Shown here: positions 11,551 to 21,100 of the stretch, in pieces
Position numbering within the stretch: position 1 is the first letter of the stretch
Layout of the letters: each line of letters starts with the position of its first letter
NCBI GenBank assembly: GCA_000091205.1
Contig: AP006487.2
From: Cyanidioschyzon merolae
Lineage: Eukaryota
DNA length: 64,000 bases
Direction: 5' to 3' (one strand)
Made by a program: the position numbers and the translations under genes
Notes under the pieces: model-generated
The model's database searches: none
The model's input: only the letters and a program-made list of their open reading frames with translations
Told to the model about the DNA's origin: nothing

Positions 11551-11999
11551 GCAGCCTTGCGCGCGCTGCACGCACGCGCGGTACCAGGCATCGAATCATC
11601 GCGAGATCGCGCTGCACGCGCACGCACCTACGTGTCCAGCAGTCGAGCGTAGAGCGCCTCGATCACGCGCATCGCGGAGGCCTCTGGATGTAGCCGCTGA
11701 TCGAGATTGCGCCGCGCGCGCGGGCGGCGTCGACAACCTCATACCGGCACGCCATCGTAGAAAAGCCCCAAAAGCCACCATCGTCGTCGTCGCCGTCGTC
11801 GGTGGTATCGAGGCTGCGCGTGGGTGTATCTGGGGTCTATCCTCGTTGTTTGGGTCTATACAAACACACACACACACGGGCAAGTCGTTTGCCGTTTAAC
11901 AGTTGCGGGCTCTACAGTCTGTGAAGGGAAAACGCTTGTATAACTTTTGGGTTGTGCATATGGGCGCTTTGTGTTGAATTCAACAAAGTGCTCACGTCA

Positions 12000-14900
12000 A
12001 TGAACGAGCTTGCAGAGCAGGAAGGCGTTCAACGTTCTCGCACTGCTGCGCGGCCTATTCGACCGTTGAGTCGGGCGTGGAGTGCCGGTTCTATGGGGTT
12101 TGGCGAGCACCACCAGGCTTCATGGGTCACTCCAGAGTATGAGTCGACGACGATCGGGGTTTCTGCGCGGAAGCCGCAGCTGGAGCGCCCTATCGCGTGT
12201 GGCGGTTCCAGTAAGGTCGCCTCGGGTTCCGTGGCTGGCGAACGCGGCGCGAGCAACGCGTCGCCGCTGCCACCGCCACATGAAACCCCGGAGCCTCACT
12301 TTCCGGAACAAACGGAGCGGGTTTCGCTGGAACTGGAACCATCACCGGACAGCTTTCTGCAGGATGAGCCCGAGCTACGGAAAACAACGGGCGCAGATCG
12401 CAACGGTGCGGCACTGCGCTCGCAAAGTCTCCAACGTGCACTGGATGCGCTGGTGCAGCCATACGCGCCACCCCAGAGGGAACAGAGGCGCACGCGTGTG
12501 ACGGAGACACAGCGTGCGCAGCCGGCCTCTCCGTCCATCGAAGCATGCGGGAGTACACGAATCACAAGTGAACAGAGAATAGTTGCTCAGACGGAGCGTC
12601 CATTGTGGAACGACAACACTGGAGCGCTGCGCCGTCCTGTGCAGCAGCTGCATCCACGACATGAGCTTTTTGTGCAGATGATGCGGGATCTCGGTGCCTT
12701 CGAAGGCACATCGTCCCGTGGGAATGGGGATACCTCGGGTGAGGCGGCTGCGTTAACGCTCTCGGAGATTCTGAACTTACCTCCGATTCGCACGATTGTT
12801 GACGATGAGGCACGAGCGCGGGCAATAGCGCTCAAACTTGAGTTCTGCACCGTTGTGCCGTCATTACCGGAATGGATTGCGGAAACCGAGTATAACCAGC
12901 GTGTTGAGCGGTGGCTCCATTATCGACACGCCCAGGCTCTGCAATCTCTCCGTACAATGGTAGCCATTTCAGATCAGCTTGAACCGGAATCCTCGGAAAG
13001 CGTTCAAGAGGAAAGTAAGCGCCAACCGATTGGCGGCGAGCACGGCAACTTGGGCGGAATGTACGTTGGTCTGCTGGCACACAAGAGCTCTCGAGCCGGC
13101 TCTATTGAACGGACATCGCCTCCGCGTATGCGAGCGAGCCGCTCAGCGCCGGCCCTTGGACAACTCGCCTGCGAAGATACGATGCTGGAGGGTCGCGCTG
13201 CGCTCCGCAACGTGGTTGAGCGCTTTACGCGATTAGCCACGAACAAAAATGCTTGCCGGGCAGCCGCAGAACAGCAAGGCGTAGCACCCGGCGATACGCA
13301 GCAGGGGACGGTTGCTGGACTTGAGGTGCCGCGCACGACGCAGCACAGCGGCACGGGAGTAGTCTGTTCGGCTGGTGCGTCAGCAGCACCTGCTGCAAGT
13401 AGTATTGGTGCTCTGTCTGGCTCCACGGCGCCCGATCGTAGCGTATTGCCCGAAGAATCGTCGTCACCGACGCTGTCAGCAATGCCCGCAACGACCACGA
13501 CAGATGAACCAGGCGATTACAAGCAGGAACCTCTGATCAGAACGCCAGCAGACCTTATGGACCTGAAACGCGCTGTACTGGCGGACCTCTTGGACGCCGC
13601 AGAGCAAGCGCGACAGCATGGAGAATCAGCGTTCACGGGTATATGGAAGGAGCAGGAGCGGGAGCAGGCATCCGCTCCTCCAAGTCCGCGAATGCCATTC
13701 ATCTTTCAGATTACGAGCAGCGGCAACGCCTTGGAACGCCCAGTACGTGATGCCGGTATGAGCGCCGCCAGCTGGAGTTGTCGCTCACAAACGAGTTCCT
13801 CCTTCTTTTGTTATCCTCTCTTGTCCAAGTGGGTGCGGTTTTTTGCAGCCAATCTCTTCAGACCGTTGCCGCTGCGAAAGCGTCTCGCTGAACCCGAGTA
13901 CTTGAGTGAACGGGAAACGCCGACTCTGCACTACGTCTCGGAGCGCAGCAGCAGCAGCAGAGCGTCAGCCGCGCGACCAGGCAGCCCTGCACCCGTCGAG
14001 GGAGCAGCTGCCCGTGGATGTGTCGCCGATATCGACCACGTTGTATTCGTCGATGATGAGTTGACCAATCCGTGGAACCTACTCGACCCGGTCTGGCCGC
14101 ACTTGGAACTCGTGTACTCGCTTTTCATCGAATTTTCGCTCTGCCGCATCGGCCAAGTACCCGAAGGCGTGCAACTGGGCGAAGAACTTGCCGCGAAACA
14201 TTTCAACGAACGCTTCTTGCATGCACTTTTGAGCCTCTTTGTTTCGGAGGATCCGCGGGAGCGAGATGCGCTCCGGACGGTCGTGCACCGTCTCTACGCT
14301 CGGTATGCAGCACTCCGTCCGTCCATTCGCAAGGTGATGGCTGAGGTGGTCTTTGCGCGGCCTATTGCGGAAGATGATGTTTTCCGGCAAATCTCCTGGT
14401 TTCCACACTGTGCCCACATGCGTACGTCGAGTGCGTTAGCGCGCACAACTTGCCCAGCAGAGACGAGGTCACGTAGTGAGCGTTATCCCCAGCGAGCACG
14501 CTGCACGAACCTCCCCGAGAGTGCAGCACTCGCTGCCGATTGTGGTCTCCGCGTCCAGAACACTGAGGTTTTCCTCGCTGGCTCACATCCGGCTGCGATC
14601 TGGGGAGGACTCTGCTACAACGGCGTCAGTGAAGCACTCGATATTCTCGCCGCGATCGTTGCTGGGTTTTCGACCCCGCTGCGCGAAGAACATCGGTACT
14701 ACTTTCGTCGAGTACTTCTGCCGATGCACAAAGCGCGTGGACTAGCGCGCTATCATCGGGAACTCACCATGTGCATTGTGTTTTACGTTTCCAAGGACGT
14801 TTCACTGGGTGTGGAAGCGATTCGGACTCTGCTGCGCCACTGGCCTCAGACGAGTGCGCGGAAGCAGCTTCTTTTCCTCACGGAGATGAACGACATTCTC

Positions 14901-15467
14901 ACAGCTTGCGGCATTGCGTTGAGCCGCTCAGCGGATACCGCTCGACAGCGCACCGCGCATCCAGGGACGATCCAGTCAAGTCGTCGTCGAGTCGCCTTTC
15001 ATGGACGGTACGCGATGATTGCGGAGCGTTCACGCCAGCAACAGCAACAGCAACAGCAACAGAGTGCGCACATCAACCTGGTTTCTCTGGTGAATCAGTT
15101 TGCAGTGCTGGTGCCTGCGATATTTTCGCGGCTTGCGGAATGTATATGCAGCTCGCAGATGGATGTGAGTGAACGTGCGATTTACATGGTTAGCAACCAG
15201 GAGTTAATCGGAGAACTAGTTGAAAAGTATCGCGCCCAGGTCTATCCGATACTGGTACCCGCGGTGTACCGAACGAGCTCCGAGCACTGGTCTCAAGAGG
15301 TGCGGCACATGGCAACCGTGCTTGCGGGGCTTCTCGAGCAGCTCGATGTGGATCGTTTTCGACAATGGGCACGAGCCGGGCACATGGAGAGCCCTTCGCA
15401 AACTTCACCTTGTCATGCGGAGCGTGAATCACAAGACTTGCACAGAATGCTCAGCTATGCCTCGTAA
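12000..15467 (+). CDS. PP2A regulatory subunit B56 (B-prime) family protein, paralog B, with a ~700 aa low-complexity N-terminal extension and a ~75 aa insertion in the core
   Basis: The track ORF starts at a TTG at 11952; the first in-frame ATG is at 12000 (MNELAEQEG...). Core matches: FAANLFRPLPL...EPTL, DPVWPHLELVYSLFIEFS, SEDPRERDALRTVVHRLYARYAALRPSIRK, ALDILAAIVAGFSTPLREEHRYYFRRVLLPMHKARGLARYHRELTMCIVFYVSKDVSLGVEAIRTLLRHWPQTSARKQLLFLTEMNDIL, PAIFSRLAECICSSQMDVSERAIYMVSNQELIGEL, YPILVPAVYRTSSEHWSQEV. It ends with poly-Q. Confidence 0.75.
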   Translation: MNELAEQEGVQRSRTAARPIRPLSRAWSAGSMGFGEHHQASWVTPEYESTTIGVSARKPQLERPIACGGSSKVASGSVAGERGASNASPLPPPHETPEPHFPEQTERVSLELEPSPDSFLQDEPELRKTTGADRNGAALRSQSLQRALDALVQPYAPPQREQRRTRVTETQRAQPASPSIEACGSTRITSEQRIVAQTERPLWNDNTGALRRPVQQLHPRHELFVQMMRDLGAFEGTSSRGNGDTSGEAAALTLSEILNLPPIRTIVDDEARARAIALKLEFCTVVPSLPEWIAETEYNQRVERWLHYRHAQALQSLRTMVAISDQLEPESSESVQEESKRQPIGGEHGNLGGMYVGLLAHKSSRAGSIERTSPPRMRASRSAPALGQLACEDTMLEGRAALRNVVERFTRLATNKNACRAAAEQQGVAPGDTQQGTVAGLEVPRTTQHSGTGVVCSAGASAAPAASSIGALSGSTAPDRSVLPEESSSPTLSAMPATTTTDEPGDYKQEPLIRTPADLMDLKRAVLADLLDAAEQARQHGESAFTGIWKEQEREQASAPPSPRMPFIFQITSSGNALERPVRDAGMSAASWSCRSQTSSSFFCYPLLSKWVRFFAANLFRPLPLRKRLAEPEYLSERETPTLHYVSERSSSSRASAARPGSPAPVEGAAARGCVADIDHVVFVDDELTNPWNLLDPVWPHLELVYSLFIEFSLCRIGQVPEGVQLGEELAAKHFNERFLHALLSLFVSEDPRERDALRTVVHRLYARYAALRPSIRKVMAEVVFARPIAEDDVFRQISWFPHCAHMRTSSALARTTCPAETRSRSERYPQRARCTNLPESAALAADCGLRVQNTEVFLAGSHPAAIWGGLCYNGVSEALDILAAIVAGFSTPLREEHRYYFRRVLLPMHKARGLARYHRELTMCIVFYVSKDVSLGVEAIRTLLRHWPQTSARKQLLFLTEMNDILTACGIALSRSADTARQRTAHPGTIQSSRRRVAFHGRYAMIAERSRQQQQQQQQQSAHINLVSLVNQFAVLVPAIFSRLAECICSSQMDVSERAIYMVSNQELIGELVEKYRAQVYPILVPAVYRTSSEHWSQEVRHMATVLAGLLEQLDVDRFRQWARAGHMESPSQTSPCHAERESQDLHRMLSYAS

Positions 15468-16703
15468 TGGAATTTACAAGCGCTTGAGTATGAAGGCATG
15501 GACTCGCTCGCGTGTGCATGCAAGTGCTTGTTGGGGAGCATACCCCCCGACCCGAGGACCTGAGCGTTAACAGAGCTCCGTACCTCGTTCACGATAGATC
15601 GCGATCGTCTAGCGGTGCAACTGCCCGACACCTGACCCGAGCGCATGTATACCGGGCCGAATAGAGGCGCTCCATGGGTGTCCATGCGCAGCAGCGTGGC
15701 ACGGAACGCTGCAGCGCGCCGACGAGCCACGTGAATACCCGTCGTCGAGATGTAGCAGCAGTGAAACGTCACTTTCTAGCGCTCGTGCTTACCGGGGGAT
15801 TTATTCCATGTTTGGAAACAAGGTTTCTCCAGTGCAACGTGACTGGTACGACGTGCTACCAGCAGCGTTGCTGGTAAAGCTATTCAAATACACGAGCGCA
15901 GCATGCAGCCATGCGAGCTGCTGCTGCTGATGCTGCTGCTGCTGACGACTGCGACGACGACGCGAAATGAATGTTTGCGGAGATTGTCCGCTCGTGCCAA
16001 TCCAGCTAGATGTTCATAAGATGTATGTTGTAGAGCAGATGAAAAGCAATGACAATGCGCGGTGGTCATGACTTGAATTGTTGAGCGCGCTGTATCTATG
16101 ATGTCGGAAGCGATGCTATTGGGCACCAGCGCTCAGACAACCAGAGTCATGGCTGGTGGAAAGGGGATGAAAACGGGACCAGCCCCATCGCGCCAAAGCT
16201 TCCCATTCTGACTTAAACTTAATCGAGCCGGAGGGAGAAATCGAAGCGACGCATTCACGTCCGTCCTTGTACCCGTCAGCATGCGCATGCTGCTGTTGGT
16301 GCTGCTGCATTCGCAGCGACACCCGCTTTGCGACCTGCGTTGGTGGCGAGCGCACCAGTCCGCTCCCGCGCGGCCACCGCTGCGGGCTAAAGCTGTCGTC
16401 TGACATGTGCCGGTGTCTCGCGAGCTGGTCTCGTTGCGGACACTGGTTACGAGTATCAAGTCACCAGTCCGCAGAAAAGCTGCGCATGTGCTCCGGTTCG
16501 CGACCTAGCCACGCGCTCCAGCACGTACCACGGGTGCGTTTCCCGTTCGTTCAGTGAGCGCGCTGCTGCCGACCAGTGCCGCGATGCGCAAAAGCCGCAT
16601 TTTTCACACCAACGGCATGCAGGCGTCCACATTGACGACTGTGCTCGACCAGGCCGCCTGCACGCACTACATCTGTCGGCGCTTGAAGCGCGCGTCGCAA
16701 CCC

Positions 16704-18014
16704 TCAAGTGAAAATTCTATAGACCTGTACCAATAACCACCAGAGCGCAAGCTGGATCACAGTGATTTTCATCATGACTGTGAAAAGCTTTCCCCAAGTA
16801 GCCGGTTGATATCGCGCGACGCGGTCACTGAGAAAGCGCTTTTCCGCAAAGGCCTGCTCAAGAAGGCGTTCTTTTTCGGCGAAATTCCTGAAAAGCCAAC
16901 GGGCAATCGACTGATCGTCGACAGGTATCTCTTCAATGGGCGTTCTACGGACATGAACGTGGACGCGAAACCGTCGCTTCTGCGCAAAACGCGTCGCTCT
17001 CAGAAACAGATCCGCAGCGGTTGGCTTCGGGTGCCACAGTGCGGGTCGACCGGCGCCGCCTGGCGCAAGGTTTTCGTAGAAAATGGTGCAATCGTACACT
17101 GCACCGAGCGCGGGGCGTAAGCCTTGCACCGCCTGACGAAAGCCCTTGACGCGTGGCACCAAGCAGAAGCGGGGCTCGACCACGGGTCCGTCTGGCGACG
17201 GCGCGTCGACGTTGTTAGCACTCGCACTAGCATCGACGTTTCCAGCGTGATCAGCGCAAAGTCGATGGTAGAAATCCTGTGCTTGTTTCAGCTTCTCTTC
17301 CGCGTTGAGACGCGTCCCCTCGGGAAAGATTGTGAACCAGAACGGAGCTCGCCGCTGCGTCAGTTGTCGATACGTGCGCCGCATCTTGGCCTCGTCGCGA
17401 GCGTAGTTCCGACTAATGAAGAGGACGCCGCCTGTCAGCTTTGCCGCCAGTCCAATAATCGGCAGATACGCCAGCGACCGTTTGCCCAGGAAGCGAAAGT
17501 CGCCCGCACGCCCGGCGTTCATGGCGAGGCAGAAGATAATGAGCGAATCGACCCAGGACCTATGATTCGCCAGCACAATACAAGACTCATCAGATCGCAT
17601 GTCGTCTCCGGTTACGACGAGCTCAAGGCCGCCAACGGTTTCAGCCCAAGAGACCAGAGCTTCCACCCAGAGCCGTAGTCCGTGAGCACGGATCGCGGAA
17701 CGCACCTGCCGCACAGCCTGTGCCAGCGGAAGCGACTCTATTCGGCGGGCAAGTTTCCATATCAGACCAAGAAGAGATAGTAAAAGGGGATTGTAGATGA
17801 CTAGCGGCAAGAAGACGTCGTAGGCAATGAGAATGTAGCTATGCAGCCATACCAGGAACAGGAGGGAAAGCAGCCGCAGGTACCAGAGCGCGATGATGTG
17901 ACGACCCCTGTCCGTGCCGAGGGCAAACTGCATTAAAATCAACAGCGCAGTAACCAGCGGTGACCCAGCAACTTGTTTAACCAGTCGCACTAGTTTTTCC
18001 CATGTTTGCGACAT
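16704..18014 (-). CDS. Lysophospholipid/1-acylglycerol-3-phosphate acyltransferase (LPLAT, AGPAT3/4/LCLAT-like) with a C-terminal membrane segment
   Basis: It has the HX4D motif NHRSWVDSLI and the FPEGTR motif plus the acyltransferase C-terminal region. The track ORF extends to 18263 with a non-homologous Arg/Cys-rich leader. I place the start at the in-frame ATG at 18014 (MSQTWEKLVRLV...), which I verified on the sequence. Confidence 0.7.
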   Translation of the reverse strand: MSQTWEKLVRLVKQVAGSPLVTALLILMQFALGTDRGRHIIALWYLRLLSLLFLVWLHSYILIAYDVFLPLVIYNPLLLSLLGLIWKLARRIESLPLAQAVRQVRSAIRAHGLRLWVEALVSWAETVGGLELVVTGDDMRSDESCIVLANHRSWVDSLIIFCLAMNAGRAGDFRFLGKRSLAYLPIIGLAAKLTGGVLFISRNYARDEAKMRRTYRQLTQRRAPFWFTIFPEGTRLNAEEKLKQAQDFYHRLCADHAGNVDASASANNVDAPSPDGPVVEPRFCLVPRVKGFRQAVQGLRPALGAVYDCTIFYENLAPGGAGRPALWHPKPTAADLFLRATRFAQKRRFRVHVHVRRTPIEEIPVDDQSIARWLFRNFAEKERLLEQAFAEKRFLSDRVARYQPATWGKLFTVMMKITVIQLALWWLLVQVYRIFT

Positions 18015-18091
18015 AGACACAGCGGACACGAACGCGTCGATACAAGTTCGTGTGTCGAAGCGCGAAAGAGCGCTGTGCGCGTACCAGAAAT

Positions 18092-18174
18092 GGCGTGCGC
18101 ACGCATCGCATCGGATGTGACATTGCGTGCGCGTTCGTGACACAGCACGCATCGCCCAGTGGATACGATGCGTG
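18092..18174. promoter_or_regulatory. Palindrome/hairpin cluster upstream of the acyltransferase start: a perfect 12-bp palindrome GCGTGCGCACGC (18092-18103) and a 10-bp-stem inverted repeat GCACGCATCG/CGATGCGTGC (18144-18153 / 18165-18174) with an 11-nt loop
   Basis: Read directly from the sequence. The GCGTGCGC core also recurs at ~18124 and ~18168. The cluster lies 80-160 bp 5' of the minus-strand ATG at 18014. Confidence 0.35.
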
Positions 18175-21100
18175 CGCCCGCATCGATAGCGCGCGTTTAG
18201 CGCATGCCGTCGCAAGCCCTGGTTGGCCTGACGGGTACCAGCGATCGGTGAAACGTATACCACGCATCACATTATATCCAGGTTGTCTCTCCAAAACTCG
18301 CATTCCGAGATACGAATGAAAGCGAACGTTCCATGGTGTGCTGATGCTGCTGCTTCTGAGTTCGTTGGTAGGACGCATTGGATCATGTATGTGACACAGG
18401 TACGCTCGTGAGGGAATGCAGTGGGATTCCATCCGTTTTGCGCTGTAACCATTGGATCGCGGGATTCACGCAAGCGTTGTGCTTCGTACGGCCCGGTGTT
18501 GCCGTCTAGATCGGCTCGTACGGTGCACAGAAGCGCTGGAGAGCGTAGCGGCGAGCAAGCATGCCACAGAGGTGATCTTCTCAAGTGCGTCGGTGGATTC
18601 GATGGTTAGGCAATGGTGCAGCGCGGGTAGCATTCGGGCCACTCTGCACTGCCGCGTACAATATTTCGCGCATCCGTCTGCGGGGCCACTCCAGAAGGCG
18701 CCCGAAGATGCAGTGATCGGGGTCGCGCAAGGTCCCCGAGTCCGTGCCGTCCCGGTGCCGGCGCTCGCTAGACTCGATTTCCGAGTCCTCGGTGGATCAG
18801 CCGAGCCTCTGATGCATGAGAACGTACTGCTCCGGAGCGAATGGCACGCAGATGCTTGTGCAGAGAAACAAGGGTTTCTTTACTGGGAACCCGGTGATGT
18901 GGTCGCGTTCGGCACCGTCTGGTCAGTTTCCATGAGTCATGCACCATCTGGGAGGCCGTCGGCGTCGCTGCTTGGCAGCTACCATCATCAAACTGAAGGC
19001 GCTGACACATGTTGCCGGTCATGAGGAAAGCGTCTGCGATAAAGCGGGATCTACCAGGGGCTCGGCACACACCGGTACAACCGTTTCCGCGACGTTCTGG
19101 ACTCGAGCAGCAATGGTGCCTCGTAGACGTCAATGCACCAGACTAGCGATGCTACCCAGTCAAGGCAGATGTCTGTGAGGCACGCCCGTCGCTGGCCCAC
19201 CAGAGACTGCGTGCAGCCGTTGCCGACGCCGCGCGTCGCCACTCCAAGTATAAACGTTCCAGAATAAGGGAGCAGAGATGCATGTACCTAGCATGGGTGG
19301 ATGCAGTAAACGTTGCGCCTCTTCCCATTGCCATGAATATCAGTCCTTGGGCAGGTTCCTGCGACTGCTTCCTTTTCGCTCTATCCTCTCCCCGGCATGC
19401 GATACACCGAACGCTCGCTTCCCTGCCTGTACAGTGTAAGCAGTTGAAGGATGTTGATGGCAGCGTTCAGGCTCTGATTCCGCTGCTTTCGACCATGGTC
19501 GACATATCCCATGCACATGCAGAAGTTGCGATCTACAGTTCCCCTTCCATTTTCATACACGTCGTGTCCAGCCTCGGTGTGTCAGTCGCAGGGGTGATGC
19601 TTGCCTGTGGTCGGGTGTTTCTATTTGTCCAGTAGGCATCTTCCCCGAAGCACTGCGCTGGGGCGCGTGACAGCTGGTTTCATGGAGCGCTATACGTCCT
19701 TGACGGGTACAGAAGGCTCGTCTGGACGCCCTGCTCTGTTTCCATGCTCGCTGGCTGCTGCACACAACGATCACGGACTTGTTCTGGGCGATCGCCTCAG
19801 TGCGTATTTTGTCGTCTGTACAGGGGAACGCGCGCTATCTCGTTCGATAGACACTTTAAGGACCATGATGTTGTCCATGATGAAAAAGTTACCCAAAAGG
19901 AAACTCCAAGCCGGAGAGCAAAGCAAAAAACTCCGAATCATCCAGGTTCACGTCGAGCAACGCGGTGATACATGCCCCACTGGAAGCGATCGCTGCGATG
20001 ACTCACGGGTTCGAGTCCGAAACGCTTTTCCATCCCGAAAGACGCAACGCAAGCCTGTGGGATCATATGCAGTGAGAGGCGCAATGTGCCTGTTCAATAT
20101 CGTTCACCCGGCAGCCGTGAAGAGAGGAGAATTTTTTTTGGAACCAAGCCGATTCTTGGACGTGACAAGATCACAGACCTATGAGCATGAGCTGGAGAGC
20201 AACTCGTCGCCGGACGAGGTCAGATGTTTCGCCTTGTCAATCCAGAGGCGCGAACGGTTGCCTCCACGAAAGTTGCCCGGATACAGAAACACCGGTACCC
20301 AGAAGCGTGTTCCATTCGCGTGCGATACATCTAGGGAGACGAGAGGAATAGAGGCTAGTACGTATACATCGAAAAATACTTATATCGGTTGGTTTACGAT
20401 GCCTCGTTCGAGTGCGTTGCGAATCATCCTGAATCCTCTGGTGTAACGTACTCCACAGACGAAGCGCCTAGTCCGCCGCTTTATTCCTCCGATAGAGGCT
20501 CGTAGAAAACTATGTGTGAATCCTCGCAGGCATATAGCTGTACTGCGACTTGCAAGAATTTTCCATTAAACATCTTCGGAAAATAGTCAAAAAGTAGGAA
20601 CAGAGCGTGCAGTTCACTGTCCGATGTCATGCTGCTACAGAAACGGAGAGCATGCGCTTCAGGCGAACGCGTACAGTTGGCGAGAATGCCGCGCCAGCCA
20701 GTCAGCCGCAGTGCAACGTGCAACGGACTTGCTGCACTGAGCATACTGACGTCCGCGCAGGCACGGCTGCGTCGGAGCGCCGATGTAGGGCCCTGGTCTT
20801 CATGAAGCCCCTTGTTTTCCTTGTTTCGGCTGACGAGCGCTCTGGCCCGACGCGCGGCAACGGCAGCGTGGGCCAGCGGGTCGCAGCCTGGCATACAAGC
20901 GGTGTGCACAGCAGCCAGCGCCTGCTGCAAACGCGTGTTCGAAGGGTTTGCGCCCAGCGACTGGCGCCGGCACCGAACTTCGGCAAAGCTTCCCACTCTT
21001 TTTCCGGACTGAAGCAGCAAACGCAACTTTGTTTGAATCAAGAGCGCAACGCGAGCCAGCGTCCGTCGCAAGCAACAACCTGGGAGCGTGCTCTGAGGGA

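Noticed and set aside
11952-11999. Track-proposed TTG start of B56-B and similar GTG/TTG starts for other genes (25476, 30886 end 32262, 38835 end 41213, 41626, 42576 end 43601, 45532 end 46278, 52969, 58450)
   Set aside because: Eukaryotic nuclear genes initiate at ATG. I moved each start to the first in-frame ATG. The true start still needs transcript evidence.
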